This document shows positions 24,610 through 40,000 of a DNA stretch of 64,000 nucleotides, piece after piece; the stretch's first letter is position 1; each line of letters opens with the position of its first letter. The DNA is taken from NCBI GenBank assembly GCA_016748015.1, contig JAAOMT010000436.1:1300847-1364846 (forward strand), given 5' to 3'. The position numbers and the translations under genes were made by a program. The DNA is from Geosiphon pyriformis uo1. Its lineage: Eukaryota; Fungi; Glomeromycota. The notes under the pieces are model-generated. The model was not told the origin of the DNA and made no database searches. It was given only the letters and a program-made list of their open reading frames with translations.

Positions 24610-25995
24610 ATGAATTCAGAAAACTATAACAATCTCAAACAATATTTAGAAACATTAACAATCCCAACAGATTGGTCTCCAGATAAAAAACATTAACTAC
24701 AATAACAAGCCAAACAATATTTTCTACACAACAACATTATTTATTATCAAAATTTCAAAAATCCAGACAAACCACTCAGACTAATACAAGAACAGAAAAA
24801 AGAGACCATATTATACAACATGCACTCAGATCCTTCATCAGCACACTTCGGAAAAGATAGCACCATTCAAAGAACACTAGAATACTACTTTTGGCCTCGA
24901 ATGAGAAAAGACATTTATGAATATGTCAAATCTTGTGATAGTTGTCAAAGAAGAAGAGGAACACGCCCTACTGAACCATTAAATCCAATCAAAATTGGAC
25001 AACCCTTTAACCGAGTTGGTATCAATTTAGTCAGACCATTATCTATCACCACTCAAGGAAACCATTATATTACAGTAGCTGTAGACTATCTTACTAAATG
25101 GCCCAAAGCCAGAGCCATTCAATAAGCAGATGCGAAATCAGTAGCAAATTTCATCTATGAAGACATCATTTGTAGATATGGATGTTCAATTGAACTTTTA
25201 TCCGACCAGGGAACACACTTTGTGAACAACTTAATACAAAAAATTTGCAAACAATTCAATGTCAAAAGACCTCTGTCTTCGCCCTACCATTTACAAACAA
25301 ACGGACTTGTAGAACATTTTAACAGAACATTGTGTAAGTCATTAGCCAAAGTCTCAACTGATTTTGAGCAAGAATGGGATATCTTTATTCCATCAGTGTT
25401 ATTAGCATATAGAACACTAAAACAAGATACCACAAAACACACACCATTTGATTTAACTTATAAAAAGACAGCAACACTACCAATTAAGTTCACAGTGGAA
25501 ACATACCCAGCACAACCAATCAATAAAAACAATTTCCAGGAAACACTTCAACGAAGAGCCTACACTTTGCTTAGCACGTTGGAAGGAAAATAACGAATAG
25601 CAGCCACCCATATTGAACACTCCCAAGCTCGACAAAAAGAACAGCATGATGACAAATTGCCTTCAGTCACCAATAAATTTAAAATTGGAAACAAAGTTCT
25701 CTTACACAGAACTAAAGCTGAAAAACAATGGAATAGGAAATTTGAAAATAAATAGGATGGACTATTTTTTATTCATGAAGTCCTAGGCAATAGATTATAC
25801 AAACTAAGACTTGATGACAAAATCCTAGCAAAAGTTGCACATGGAGATCGTTTGAAACACTATCATTCCAGAAACAATTCTGAACCATTAATTTTACAAA
25901 TTGGTATACATTCCTCTTTAGTCAATCCCGAAAATATTCCCCAAAACTTAGAACCAATAGTTGTGATTGAACAACCTTCCAACCTGAACATTTAA
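24610..25995 (+). pseudogene. G2 integrase as a separate ORF
   Basis: MNSENYNNLKQYL..., HSDPSSAHFG..CDSC, SDQGTHF, QTNGLVEHFN; different frame from RNase H. Confidence 0.9.
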
Positions 25996-26102
25996 TTTAA
26001 TTTTACTAGTTACTCCTTTATAATTTAGAAATAATCAAAACAAAAATAATATAAAAACCCATACACCAAAAATAATTTTCTTTTATTTTCAAATCTCTTA
26101 TA

Positions 26103-26779
26103 ATGGCTATTCCTCAAAATATTCAACAATTATTCCAAAAATTAATGTTAGCTTTAAAAACAATACCCAAATTATCTATTACTGTCACTGGAAACCACAT
26201 TAATTATACCCAAACAGAAGTAGTTAAAAATTTAGCCCCAAATTCACGAAAATATCACCCATATAAGAAGAACACAAGAAGTTATTCTGGAATTCACCTG
26301 CCAGAACTTTTAAAGCTTGCTTTAAGAGAAAACCTAATGCTCACTCTGATTAGTATTCCACCAAATGCTACAATTTAACAAAAACTTCAACTGTGTCTCA
26401 ATGAGGAAAACACTGAATATCCTCCAATCTATAGATATTTCCACATTGGAAAAACACTCTACGAACGGAAACTGGAACTTACAACAGCAAACTTCACAAA
26501 AAAAGCTATTCAGAAACAACTCCACAACAAATCCAAGACAACAGCTGAACCAACAAACAGTCACTACAAACTCAGAACTGCTCTTAGACTTTATGACCTA
26601 TTCCATATCTGTGAAAATGTTCTACAAAACCCAATTTTACAACCTTTGAAGATACAATACATTGAAAAGCTCACAGAACCGAAATTTAAACAATTTTCAG
26701 ACCAAATTTCTTCAATAATTGTGGATTACTATTTGGAAATTACAGACAGTACTTGGATTTTGACGGAGCTCAGTCTTAA
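26103..26779 (+). pseudogene. G2 accessory ORF3
   Basis: MAIPQNIQQLFQKL...YRYFHIG...TALRLYDLF...DFDGAQS* with frameshifts. Confidence 0.75.
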
Positions 26780-26790
26780 GGAGGAGGTTA

Positions 26791-27769
26791 TGTTACTAGA
26801 TGAAATTAGAGATATTATTTAGCATGAAATTATCTTTATAATTCCTATCATTAATTAACATATATTATCGTTTCAAATTATTACTTAGTATATTAGCAAA
26901 ATGTCCAAAATTATCATTTAATTAATAACCCAATTTGTACATAACACAAATGTAACCTAATTGTGATGATCAATCATACAATACCCCGAACTATGTAACA
27001 TTCAAAAAGTTTGCCGAAATTTGTAGAAATTTGCCAAAATAATTGATAGTTCACCGAAATATCCAATAGTTCGCAGAAATAACCTGTAGTTCACCGAAAT
27101 GTATCTTCAGTTCAGCGAAATTGTAGAAAAGAGCAAAGTTCAAGTTCATAGAATAGTGTTACAACAAGTTGTATAAAAGAAGAGCTTCTCTCTTCGAGGA
27201 AATATATTTTACTTTAGATTTATTACTTAGAACCATTCCTACACACACAAAAAGAAATAAATATCAAATAATTCGAAAAACCAAATTTTTTAATTATTGT
27301 ACTTAGAAAATCCCCAAAACCCAACTAACATTTTGAAATTAATTAGCTACTAATTTCAATAAACTGTTAGTGACTCCAGGCCTGAATAGAAAACATTTCT
27401 CTTGATAGAATTCTATTTTTTTTATATTTTTTTTATATTTTTTTTCTTTTCTTATTACAATCATTAGGGTAGCCTACAGACGAGATTCCTGTAGAAGAGT
27501 TGACTTTTACAGCAAAGTAACTACACATTTTAGTGAGCTTCCAGACAAGCAATTTCTGGGAAAAAGTTGACATTTACTACAACGTAACTACATAAAGTAA
27601 CTGGCAAGGAATTGGTCATTCCACTTATAAGCCCAGCAGTTCAAATTATAGGAGATAATTTGAAGATAAATTCAGTTACTGGAGGTTCAACCACATCCAG
27701 AAAACGTGAATTCACAGCAAACAAGCATCGACAACATTTAAGAAAAGAGACCAAAAACCTCCAGTAACA
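26791..27769 (+). repeat. G2 3' LTR
   Basis: Direct repeat of 17928-18906. Confidence 0.97.
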
Positions 27770-30700
27770 TTGCTTGCCTATTTTTCTGAAAAAAAATGGA
27801 TTGATCCAAAAATTATTAAGATTCCTGTGGAAGTATCGATTAAAAAATCATTTGCTTTGGATATTAATCTTTCAGCTGTGGAAAATAAATCAGCAATGGC
27901 AAAAACTCAATTAATTAGAAAATTTTTTTCTTCAGTTAATAGTTTTGGGGGGCTACTACCTCCTCAAAATTTGAAGGAATTATCTAATCAACATTTATCT
28001 CAAAAAAAAGCATGGAAATGGTCATATTATTGGCCAGAGAAAAAGGAATTGACATAAACAGTAATCTTAAAAGACAAAAAATGAGGTCAGATCGGGCTGT
28101 GGTGATTAAGAAAATTTTCATGAATACATTTAAGGATATAATTGTTGCTGCAGTATCTGAATTTGGGGAAATTAAGTCGATCAAAATTCAATTAATTGGA
28201 ATGTAACAAAAAGCTGTGGTGGAGTTTGCTGAATTAGACCAAGCTGATTTGCTAGCTTCTAAGTAGTCGTTCCTAATTGGTAAGAATTCTGTATATGTAG
28301 CCAAAGCAGTAGAGAATTGTGAGACTTGGGCATCAAGGGATTGGTTCAGAGCACTTTTGTTTACTTTGCCAGTAGGAACAATGACATATGATCTTGGGAC
28401 TCTTCTGAAAAGAGCTGGTGAGAAAACTTGCATTATTAACAAATTTCTGGAAACTGGTAATAAGATTTGTTGTGCTGTAGTTGGTTTTGAATTTGATGAT
28501 AATCTGAAATCTGCCTTTTACACAGAGCCAATTCTTGGCAGTGTTAAACTTTCTTGGGCAAAAATGGATCTGGTTTGGTATGAGAAATGCAGGAAGTTTG
28601 GTTATTCTGTTCTGAAATGTGATGCACCTGTTGTGTCTCCTTCCAAGCCTTCAAAACCATTTAAAAGGGTTGCATCTGATGAATGTTGTCTTAAGTTGGC
28701 AAAATTGTATGAAAAAAAAGATGTTTTAATCTCTTGTTCTGCTGTATTTGGTGGTAAATCTTGGGCCCAAGTGGTTTCACTAGCTCATTCTTTTGGTGAT
28801 GCTTGCTTCAAGTCTGGTTTTGGTTCTCCTCCTCTTGGCAACTTGTGTTTAAGTGGTACTCTCTCTTCTACTTCAGATATTAACTCTGGCTTGAGTGATC
28901 ATTTAATAGTATTAGAATGCTTCTTGGAGTTTTTGTCAGATCAGGTTTCTGTCTTGTTAGAAAAACTGAGCTTTGTGGAGTTGGTGCCTTTGACTGTGTT
29001 TCCCTCTGCTCCCCTTCTGGTTGCTTCTGTTTCTGTGGCTCTTGTTCTGGATTCAGATATGGTTTTGAACAATGTGTTGTTGCCATTCACTCCCTTTCTC
29101 TCTGTTGGTTCAGACTTGGTGGCCAATTTCAGCTCTAGTAGTTCTAAGATTTTAACCACCAAAATTGGTGAATTGGAATCCAAAATGGTGGTTTTGGAGG
29201 TGTTGGTTAAATCTGTTTTGGAAAAATTGAATTGTTTGTGCTCTGACTTAGACTTGTTACCTTTTATTATTTCTCAATAAGTAACTTCGTGTAAAATTTT
29301 GTGACATGTAATGTTCACGGTATTAATGTCCCTGCCAAGCAAGAGGATGTTATCTATTGGCATAAGAATTCTGGGAATTTGGTTTCAATAATTACAGAAA
29401 CTAAGTTAAGGTCTAGCAATAAGCCTTGAATTAGAGATAAGTTTAATGGAATTAGGGTTTTTTTGTCTGGATTGGACAAAGGGTTTCTTGGTGCTGGAGT
29501 TGCAATTATCATGAACACCTCTTTAGCTCATCATGTTAGTAAGGTCTCTAAAGTGTCTGGTCAGCTTCTATCAGTCAAGTTGCTATTCAAGGGTAAACTA
29601 TCTGTGTCAATTTTGGGGCTTTATGCTGGGGTGTCTCTAGCTGCTTGTTTCTTTCAGGCTAATAATATCAATTCCATGATTGCAAACATGGTCAATAAAT
29701 CTTTGTTTGTTGTTTTGGATGGCAACTTCAATGAAGATGGTTCCCAAAAGTGTGCTAGTTTCAAAAAGTGTTTGGATTTTGGTTTAGTCTATTCTTTGGA
29801 TGGAAGTTTTTATGTTAAAGTGTTCACATAGATTAACTCTTGGGCATGGCTAAAACTATTGATTTTTTGTTTGTTTCTTCAAATTTGGCTAATGCTGTGG
29901 TGGGTTACAATGTGTTTAATGTTAGAGAATTTTTTAATATTAACTATTAGGCTATATCTGTGTCTGTGAGTCTGGATGGGCTTTTGAATATGCAGCTTAA
30001 CTCTCTTCACAAGCAAGTAAATAGGGACTAATAAAAGTTTGATTTCAAGAGTATTGATGAAGCTAAATAAAAAAACTTTGAGAATGCTATGTCAGCCAAT
30101 GCTGTGATGTTCTCAGATGAGTTTGCTGCCTCTGTTATGTTCTCAGATTTGGATGCAATATGGGATGTTATTTGTAAAATAATGGTTCTTTCAGCTAATG
30201 AGGTGTTCAAAAAGAAGTGGTTTAAGAGCTTTGATGATGTCTTTACCAAGGAATCTTCAAGATATCAAAAATTGGAGCTGTTGGTTTCTAAAATTGTTAA
30301 GGCTTTGTGTAAGGAAAGTGTTGTGAATTTCGAGTCTTTTATAAAGTGCTGGGTTTTTTTGGACAGTATTGGGACTTTAGTCATTCAGAACATTGTGAAT
30401 TCTGGTGCAGACTCTAATTATGTTTGTTCTGCTCTTTGTGGCACTAGAAAAGCTTATTGTGCATCCAAACTTACTGAATCATGTAGGGCTAAGGAGGCAA
30501 CCATCAGAGCTGCTATAGATAAAAGGATGGAGAGCTTTAAGATTAATAAGGGTCATACTATCAAGAGTGTGCTAGAACACCCATTTTGTAAGATGGTACT
30601 TGATCATCTGGTTGTTGATAATGAACTTGTCCTGGAACCTATTTTGGTTAAGTCTAAAATAAATGTCATCATGGAAGATTGGACTAGAAAGTGTCGAGTG

Positions 30701-31107
30701 GTTGATGATGTCTCTGGTGATTGGTGTCGTCAATATCAACTTTTGGAACATGTTTTTAATGAAGCTTTTTCTGATGTTATGTGTTTAATTGAGTTTGATG
30801 AATTGTTTGGAGTGGTTTTTTCTCTGCCTGATGGCAAAGCTGCTGGTCTTTCAGGTATATCAAATGAGTTTTAAAAACATTGTGATAAAGCAGTCCTGAA
30901 TATGCTTTTGGTGCTTTTGAATTCTGGTTTGTCTAGTGAATCTGTATCTGGCTCCTGGAAGGAGGCCTGGGTTTTAATGATTTTCAAACCTTATGAATAG
31001 GAGGGTGTTCTTACAAATACTTAATCTATTGCTTTGATTAAGATGGCTCATAAGATTTTCTCGGATAGGATTTCATTGGCATACAGCACTTTTAATGTTC
31101 TTTATGG

Positions 31108-31936
31108 TGTTATAAGTGATTATTTAGGATCTCAAATCAAATAACAAACCCATAACTTGGTGCTTAGAAGCTATTGGCAATGATGGTATTGGTAGTCTGA
31201 AGGTTTTATTAATCTGAAGGTTTTGTTGATAAGTTCTTTGTATAACAGACAGAGATTTAATAGTTGTTTTCAGTAGTCTTCCAGAATTGCAATTCTGTCG
31301 AATTTTTTTCTCAGCATGGTGGCCAGTAATCCTTCTAGTAAGCTATCCTCAAATTTATGAGTGTTTTACTCTTGTTTCATGGGTCTTTTACCAGTCCATA
31401 TAATGTCTGTATCTCAGCACTTAATCCTTAATCAATTTAGTAAAACCAAAAAAATGACAACAAAGAAAAGAAATACAAAAAAATAAAAAAAGATAAAGAA
31501 ATAAACAAAAGCAATTGCAAGTTAATATCTTGTCAATAGCCATGATCAAAAGCTATTGTTTCAGTGTGGTTAAGTATTAATTACTATCAACATGAAGCAT
31601 TGATAGTGGAAAATAAATTGAGATATTGAATAATTATTTATTGGTAATATGGAAAGTTGCTTAGATCAAATTTAAACTAAGAGGTCTCTAACTAAAGGAT
31701 TCTGCTTTTTCTACTTTTAATGCTACCGCTATATATACATAATTGATGTTTTATGAGATTGCTCACATTCTTGAGTGATGTGCTATGATTTTTTGAGCAA
31801 TGTTTACATTGCTAAGCAATGTGCCCTAATTTTCTAACATCACTCCACATTGCTGAGCAATGTGTTCATATGCTAAATACTATTCACTTATTGGTCTATT
31901 ATTTTTCCTATATCTGTTTTCTTTTTATAAATAATA
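31108..31936 (-). repeat. G3 3' LTR
   Basis: Direct repeat of 40265-41074 with one extra ~20-nt GAGCAATGT unit. Confidence 0.95.
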
Positions 31937-31950
31937 TTATTTTCTCCTTT

Positions 31951-32586
31951 TTAATATTGAGCTCTATCAAAATCTTCATTCTGAATTAGCTCTAATACTT
32001 CTTTTTCTAGTATTGTTTGTTCGACTTTATTTTTTATGTTTTCTACTTGTACATTGTTTATTTTTTTCTATTGGTTAATAGTTATGGTTTCTATGTTAGA
32101 GTGTAACAGTATTTCTGAATAGTTCTGAAATATGTTGTGCAGTTGGTAAATTGCTCTCACATGTAATGTTGAGTTTATCTTCTTTCCAATAAATTTTTTA
32201 ATTTGCTGTATTATGTTTTGGTTAAATATTCTCTTAGATTTGTTGATATACAACTCCTAAATATTCAACTTTCGACCTAATTGGTAATAACAATATGGTA
32301 TTAGAAGTTGTTTTGTTCATTGCTTCTAATTCTCTTTTGTAAGTTTTTTTGTTGGCACCATAATAAGTATTTTTCCAAAAGTGTTTTTTACTTTTTCTAT
32401 TATGTTATTTGACCAGTTTTTATCATTCTTTAGTAACCACTAATATGATGTATTCTTTGTCTTTCTTTTGGTGTTTCGATAGCAAATTGTTTGGTTGTTA
32501 AAAATAATTTCCATGTCTAAAGGTTGTTGACTTAAGACCTAAAATAATTGTTGAGCTATGGTGTGAATATGATCTGGTATTTTCAT
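31951..32586 (-). pseudogene. G3 accessory ORF3
   Basis: MKIPDHIHTIAQQLF...YCYYQLG...VRAIYQLH...DFDRAQY*. Confidence 0.78.
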
Positions 32587-32645
32587 TTTCTTGGTTGCTT
32601 TTGTCGCATATACTGTGTCTTTATATATTCTTTTCTTGTTTAATT

Positions 32646-34022
32646 TTACATGTTTGGTCTAATGATTATGATTGGTTCCAGATCTTGTGGAATCTCATCT
32701 GGTTGGACTAGTATTCATTGTACTCCCAATTATAGAATGTTATTGATGAATGCTAATGCTATTTGGTGATATAGTTTTAGTCAATTACTATGTGCTGCTT
32801 TGGCTAAGATTTTGTTGTTCTATCTTAATTTATAAGCTTTATTTCCAAGAATTTCTTCTATGTGAAATGGTCTATCTCATTTGGGGTCAAATTTTCCACT
32901 CCATTGTTTTTCCACTTTAGTATGATGTAAAAGTACTTTGTCTCCAATCTTGAATTCAACTGGTTTATCTGGTAATTGGTTATCATGTTGTTTTTTTTGC
33001 TTTTCTTGAAACTTTTGAATGTTATCAACTGCTTTTCATCACTTGTTTTCTAAAGTTTTTATCAAGTCATATGTTTTTTTTAACAACATTTTCTAAAAAT
33101 TGTCTTCAGTTATTGGTTTTGTTGGATAAGTGTTGACTTCTATCTCAACTGGTAATGTTGCTGTTCTACCATATACTAATTCAAATAGTGTTGCTTGTGT
33201 AGTATCTTGTTTTATTGTTTGATAAGCAAATAATACTGATAGTATAAACAAATTCCATTCATCTTGGTTTTTTTGACTGATTTTGGTAATTGTTTTACAC
33301 AATATTCTATTGAATCTTTTAACTAATCTATTGGTTTATAGATGATATGGTAATAATAATAGTCTTTTTATCCCAAATCTTTGACTTAATTCTGTCAATG
33401 TTTTATTCACAAAATGAGTTTTTTGATCTGATAGTAGTTTTTTTGGACATCTATGTCAACAGATCAAATCTTGGTGGACAAATTCAGCAATGGATTTTGC
33501 ATTTGCTCTTTGAATGGCTTTTGCTTCTGGCCATTTAGTAAGATAATCCATGGCTACTGCAATATATCTGTTGCCTCTGCTAGTGATTGTTAGTGGTCTA
33601 ACTAAGTCAATTCTAATTTGATCAAATAGTTGTCCCATTTTGATTGGTCTTAATAGTTCACTTGGTCTTGTTCTACCTCTTCTTTGACAAGCATCACAAT
33701 TCTGAACATATTGGATAATGTCTGGATACATTGATGGCCAATAGTATCTTTTTCTAATTCTTTTCATGATTGCTTCTTTATGAAAATGTCCTGCTGTTGG
33801 ATCTGAATACATATTGAACAATATTGTTTTTTTTTCTGGTTCTGTAATTATTCTGGTTGGTTGGTCTGGATTTTTTCTGTTTTTCTGGTAAAGTATATTT
33901 TAATAATTGATGAAATATTTTGATTGCTGTTTTATGTTGTTTTGTTCCTTTTGAGATAATTTCTCCTTGAACAATTGGGTATTTATATAATGCTGGAGTT
34001 GTTGGTATTTTTGTGTGTTCAT
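32646..34022 (-). pseudogene. G3 integrase as a separate ORF
   Basis: MNTQKYQQLQHY..., GHFH..CDAC, DYLTKWPEA. Confidence 0.9.
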
Positions 34023-34055
34023 TTTTTTGTTATATTTTTTTGGGTTGAAATGTTT

Positions 34056-37000
34056 TTAGATTTGTCTCATTCGTGACAAACTGTTGGCATTTCTATTGTC
34101 TTTTCCTTTTTTATAATGTACTGTAAATATATATAGTAATAGTGCTATTTTCTATTTTGCATGACAATTGTCTCCAAATTCTTGTTTCTGGATTGAAGTC
34201 AATCCTTTGTGGTCTGTGTAAATGTCAAATTTTTGGCTTAAGTATTCCTTCTATTTCATTATTGACCAGTAAATAGCTAAGTGTTCTAATGTTGGTGTTC
34301 CATAATTTTTCTCGGCTGGAGTTAAACCTTAATTGGCATATGCAATTGGATGTTCTTTTCCATCTAATTTTTTCTGAGATAGTACTGCTTCTAATGCTTG
34401 ATCTGATGCATCAGTGGTAATAATAAATGACTTGTTATGATCTGGATAAATCAATATTGGAGCTTGAATAAGTTTTCTTCTTAAAATGTCAAAAGCTTCT
34501 TGCTGAGTTTCTGTCCATTCATATTTTACATTCTTGGTTTGAAGATAGTTGAGCAGCTGTGCTATTTTAGAAAAGTCCTTGATGAAGCAGCAATAATAGC
34601 CTGCGAATCCCAAGAATGATTTCAATTCAGTCAAGTTAGTCAGTACTGGAAAGTTTTTTACAATTGCAATCTTATCTGGATCTGTTTTAATACTATTTTT
34701 GTTCACTACATGTCCCAAAAACTTGAGTTCAGTTTTTCCAAAGAAACACTTAGTTGCATTTAGTTTCAATCCGGCTTTTCTGAGTCTTTTAAATACTTGT
34801 TAAAGATAATGCAGATGATCATCAAATGTTTTTAAGAACACATTGGTGTCATCCAAGTATATGATTACTGATTTCTATAGCAGTTCTGTATAGGCAATTT
34901 CCATAAGCTGTTGAAATGTTGCTGGAGCATTCATTAAGTCAAATGGCATTACTTTAAATTCGAAATTTCCTTCTTGTGTTGTGAAAGCTGTTTTCTCTTT
35001 ATCTTCTGGCTTTATAACTACTTGTCAGTAATCACTGTCTAAGTCCAATATTGAAAACCATTTCTTTCCTCCAAAAACATTGAACAGCTTTTGAATCTTG
35101 GGAGTTGGATAGCTGTCTCTTTTTGTTACTCTATTCAGTTTTTGGTAGTCTACACAAAAACGGATTTTCCCATTTTTTTTACAGATCAATACCACTGGTG
35201 ATGACCATAGACTCATTGATGGCTGAATTAGCCTATTGTCAAGCATCCAATTGATTTCTTGATGAATGATCTCATGGCTAGCTAGTGGTACCCTATATGT
35301 TTTTTGTTTAATTGGCATTGCATCTCCAGTTTTAATCTGATGCTGGATGATATCAGTTCTGCCAAATTTATTTTCACTGGTAAAGATGTCATTGAATTTG
35401 TTAAGTAATATCTTTAGTTGCATCTGTTGGAGTGGGTCTAGATTCCCCATGTTTATCTGTTTCAATTGTTCTGGTTGAAGCAGATAATATTTGCTTTGTC
35501 TGTAAATGGTTTGTGATGTGATGTCCACATATCCACAAAGCTGTGAAAAATCTGGAATGTAGTTTGGTAGTTGATCTTCAACTTCAGTGGTTAGATATCC
35601 AATAATTGTTCTCTTTGGTATTTCAATGACCTTTTCCGTGGTATTGTAGATGGGAATTTTGATGTTTTTGGGGCTTTTGGCTGCTATGTAGAGATTAGTG
35701 AGTTCAATTTCTTCTGATTCGCAAATGGTGGCTTCTGCTTCAAACAACTGAGCTTGATTTTTTACTTCCTTTTTTATGGCTAACATATATTGGTCATATG
35801 GTGAGATGGAAATTGCTTTACAGATTGAGATAATTTCTCTTTTGTCAACAATTTTGTCTTCTGTCATATTAACTGATATATCTATTCTGCCTGTGGATCC
35901 AAATCTCTGTATCCCTCTGGCTATAATCTCTAATTTTTTTCTGTTTCCCACTAACACTAATTGAGCTATTTTAACCAGAGGCAGAAATATTGCCTATGCT
36001 ATTTTTTTATTTGGCTTTATAATATAGGCTTTTTCAGAATCATTTTGTAACATAACAATAATATTTCTTATATATCTTACATCAATTATTCCTCCTCTGA
36101 TGTTGATTCCTTTCTTTGCTAGACTACTCCTAGATGTTAATTGAATCATTGTTGTTGCTAGAATCTCCAGAGCTATTTTGAGATCAATGCATGTACATGA
36201 ATGTGGTTCCAATTTTATGCTTTTTTCCCTGGATATCTCAATCAAACCCTGCATCAGTATCATGCACACATTTCAGCATGATACCTTTATCATTATTACT
36301 GAACCATTTTAGTTCCTGCTCCTTGAAGAGATCAGAAAGTGCAATGTATATTTCAGGGTTTGAATTGGAATCTGAATTATTGCTATTTTTGTTGCCAATT
36401 TGAATGGAGCTAGAACCATTATTTTTGTCATCATTATTGTCAGAGTTTGAATCAGGATTGAAACTTGATTCCAATTCTGATGCACAGCTGCTTGTTGGTT
36501 CATTTTCCTCTGAGATTGTGTAGATTATGTGTAGTGGTGGATTGTAAATAAAATTACACTTATTACAATATTGGAAGTCATATGGAATCAAACAGTGGTT
36601 ACACAATCATGTGTTGATTTCTTCCAAGCATTGCTTCTGCTCTTCTTTTGTGAGTGCTAGCTCTTGGTAGTGTTCATAGAATTGTTCGGGATCTAAGAGA
36701 TTTATGATTGGTTCTGGGTCCCAGTTAAGTTCTATGGGTTCTGGTGGATTGTTTTTGATCGTCCTAATTTCTTCTGATGACACTCCTTCAATTTTGGTGA
36801 TAGCCATTCACCAAATCTCATCATCATCATGTGGACAACTGTCCAAGCATTTGACTACATGTTTCCAGGCAACATCTATGGATGTTTCTTTTCTTACCCA
36901 GTTGCTTATGAGAATCATGTACTGACATGATTTGTCGCATGTTTCTTCCCTTCCAGGAATGTCATTCCACATTCCTTTGTCAAAAAAAGTTTCTCACAAG

Positions 37001-40000
37001 CCAAACACAGTTCATTATCCCATTTTCTTATTTGTTTTGGTCTTTCAAAACATTTTATAATGCATAGGTGACAGTAGAACTTGGTTGCTGAAGTATACTC
37101 CTTATCGTCACCACAGCAAGCACCCATTGATGACAATTTTTTACCACAATTAATGCATACTAGTTTTGGGCAGCGATAAGCAGATTGTTGTAGTATAGTG
37201 TAGGAATTATAAGTGGTAATGCTAGTGAATATTGATCCTTCTTCTTTTTTCTTTCCTTTTTTTTTTGTTTTTTTTCCTATTTCCAATCTATTAGCTCTTC
37301 CTGGTTGTCATCGATTCTCCAGGCTTGGTCGGAATTCCAGATAGGTTCTTTTTTTTCCTTTTCTTTTCCATTGTTGTCTTATGAGAGTATTAGTGGTAAC
37401 TCATTGTGGTCTTTATCAGCCCATGAAACTTAATATGCTTCCCAGGTGGGTTTTTTTTTCTCTTTCTTGAAGTCAATGAGTGATACTGTCGAGGTGGTAG
37501 TCTTGAAATAGCCACACATGTGTGTTGACTGTCCTGGCTAAGTTGGAGTTCCTGTGTGATTCAGTTGAACATTACGTTGGTTTTGAACAGCCAGTCATTA
37601 CCAACAAGTGCTTGGTACTGAGTTGCTTTCATCACTAGAACTTTGATAGGTATGATGATGCCATTAATTTCAATAAGTAAGTTGTCTATCTTACTAATCA
37701 GAGTTTTGGTCACTCCATCAGCTGTTATGATTCTGGCACTTGCAGCTTAATCAACTCGGTAACTTAATTGGTCCATGAGTTGTCTTGTAATAATGCTGCC
37801 AGCTAATCTACTGTCTAGGATCAGTTTGATGGGGTGGCCATTAACTTTGGCATCAGTGTACATGGTAGTAATAGGTTTTTCCTCAAAAATGGCTCCACTA
37901 AACAGCAGTGTGATTGACGGTTCCTCAAGTTTAAATGGGAATATAGCATCTAGTGATTTGTTCTCAGTAATAGTAGCTGGTGGAATATTGCTGATAAGTG
38001 TTGATTTTTTGTTGGTTTCTGAGTTATTGGTTTGGGCATCTTCAGGAGTAACCAGGAGACTTAAATAGTTCTAGGAACTCGGATTTTAAGTATACTTGGT
38101 TCCTAAATTCCACTGTTATGATCCTGACAGCTGGTTGGATGAACTGGAGATCAGTTGGTAAACAACCATTGCTGATCTCCAGTTTTGGATAACTTTTGAT
38201 TTAGGGTTCCCTGATGTCATTTAAGCTGGGTTTAATGGTGGTGTTTGAACTGCGAGTGTTTGATAAATTATTTATGGCTGCAGTGGTTGATATATTACTG
38301 GTGGCTACAGTTAATAAACTGGAGGTTAATATATGGGTGGTTGATATATTGGTTGTTGTGTCATTGGCAGGTAAGTTAGTTGATATGGTGCTGGATTGGA
38401 TTGGTAATTCAAAGTTAGAAACTGGCAATTGGAGTTTTGATATTGGTTTTCTGATTGTTAGTTATCTATCTTTAATTCTTAAATGTCCTTGTTTACCACA
38501 GTAGTGGCAAATACGTATCTTCTGCTGCCACTGTTGATTGGTCGAGGATGATGAACATGACTAATTCTGGAAATGATTCATGTTTCTTTGATTATTGCAT
38601 CATTGTGGAGGTTGATAGATTGCCTGATTGTTAGCTAAGTATCTCTCTAATTTTTGGTTGATGAAATTACTGAATTGTTTCAACTTAGAATCCAATTTAG
38701 ATGATTCATTCATCATTAGATTGATGGCTTGGACGTAATTAACTTCAAGTTCAGCTGCTTCAAAATCTCTGGCATTTATCATGGCAGCTTGAAGATCTGC
38801 TAAATGCATTGAACATATGCATTAAAAAATGCTACTGCACAATCCATAAATAAACTGGTTTAGAATCTGAGGTGCTGTAAAATAGTCAGCTTAGATTACT
38901 TGAATTTGGTACAAATTTTTGTGAAAACGTCCCAAGTAAGTGGTAACTGCTTCAGTTTCTTCTTGTTTAATTGTGATGAAGGTGTTGGCTAGGTGGTTAA
39001 TACTGTTATTATTACTGAAATATCCCAGGAATGCAACTTTGAATTTCTGGAATGTCTAAGGTTTGGTGACTAAACTTTAATACCACAAGTCAGCAGTATC
39101 CTGTAAGAAATAAGAGATGGCTTGGAGTGCTCTTGTATTGTTTCATCCATTGGCTGTAATGGTCTTTTCAATATTGTTGAGCCATATTTGGACATCATCT
39201 TCTTCACCAGTGAATTTCTTGAGTTTTGCTATTGGAGTGTAGGCCATTGAATCCAAGTTTGGTTGTTAAAGTTGTTGTTGTGGCTGTTGAAATGGCTGCT
39301 GTGGTTGTTGGGGTGGTTGAAGTAGGTTGTTAAAGTGGCTGCTGTTAAACTGGTTCAATAATTGGTTCAATTGGTGGCTGATCAATGACAATTATTGAAG
39401 GTAAGTTTTACTGATTAATTGTTTCAGAGTTTGTATTGTTCAGATTTGGCGAATTTTGAAAATTTGGAGTTTCAATTTCTGGATTTTCAGTAATTGGGTT
39501 CTGGTAAGTAAATTCTTGATCTTCAGATTCTTTTTCTTCTTCTTTTTCTTGTTCTCCTTCTGATTCTGTTACTTCTCAGGGATTTGCGATTTCGAAATCT
39601 GGTTGAAGTGACAATGATCAGAATCCTGATGATATTGGCAATCACAATTTAAATCCTTCAAAATAATTGCCATATGGTCCTAATAACTCTGCTTTTCTTT
39701 GTTTACTTTGAAATGAAAAGCATCCAAAGATTGATGTGAACGCATCTGTTGATAAGATGTTGATAGCACTTTTGGGCATATAATGATATGATGGATTGGT
39801 GAGTGATTCAACTCAGGTTTTCTTTTAAGTGAATGGTTGTATTTGTTTTGGTGTCACTGCTGGGGTTTGTAATCTTCCTTTGCCTTTGTCTGCATAGGTG
39901 ATGGGGAATTGTTGTTGTGTGTACCTTTCAATGGTTTGATTGATTTTCTTAATAATTGGTGCGAAACTGTAGTTTTTTGGTAAGCTGGTATGTTGAAATA

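Larger units (their letters stand above)
17928..27769 (+). mobile_element. G2: full-length Ty3/Gypsy LTR retrotransposon with dUTPase, decayed
   Basis: 979-bp LTRs 17928-18906 and 26791-27769; TSD TTGC; PBS TGGTGCTC at 18909; PPT AAGGAGGAGGTTA 26778-26790. Confidence 0.97.
17586..29280 (+). pseudogene. LINE-B ORF1 (split by G2 at 17928-27773)
   Basis: MSKKKTPK... IVLPPC|LP; RRM-like blocks (DRAVVIKKI..SEFGEIKSIKIQ..KAVVEF; RALLFTLPVG); decayed knuckle YEKCRKFGYSVLKC; coiled coil. Confidence 0.85.
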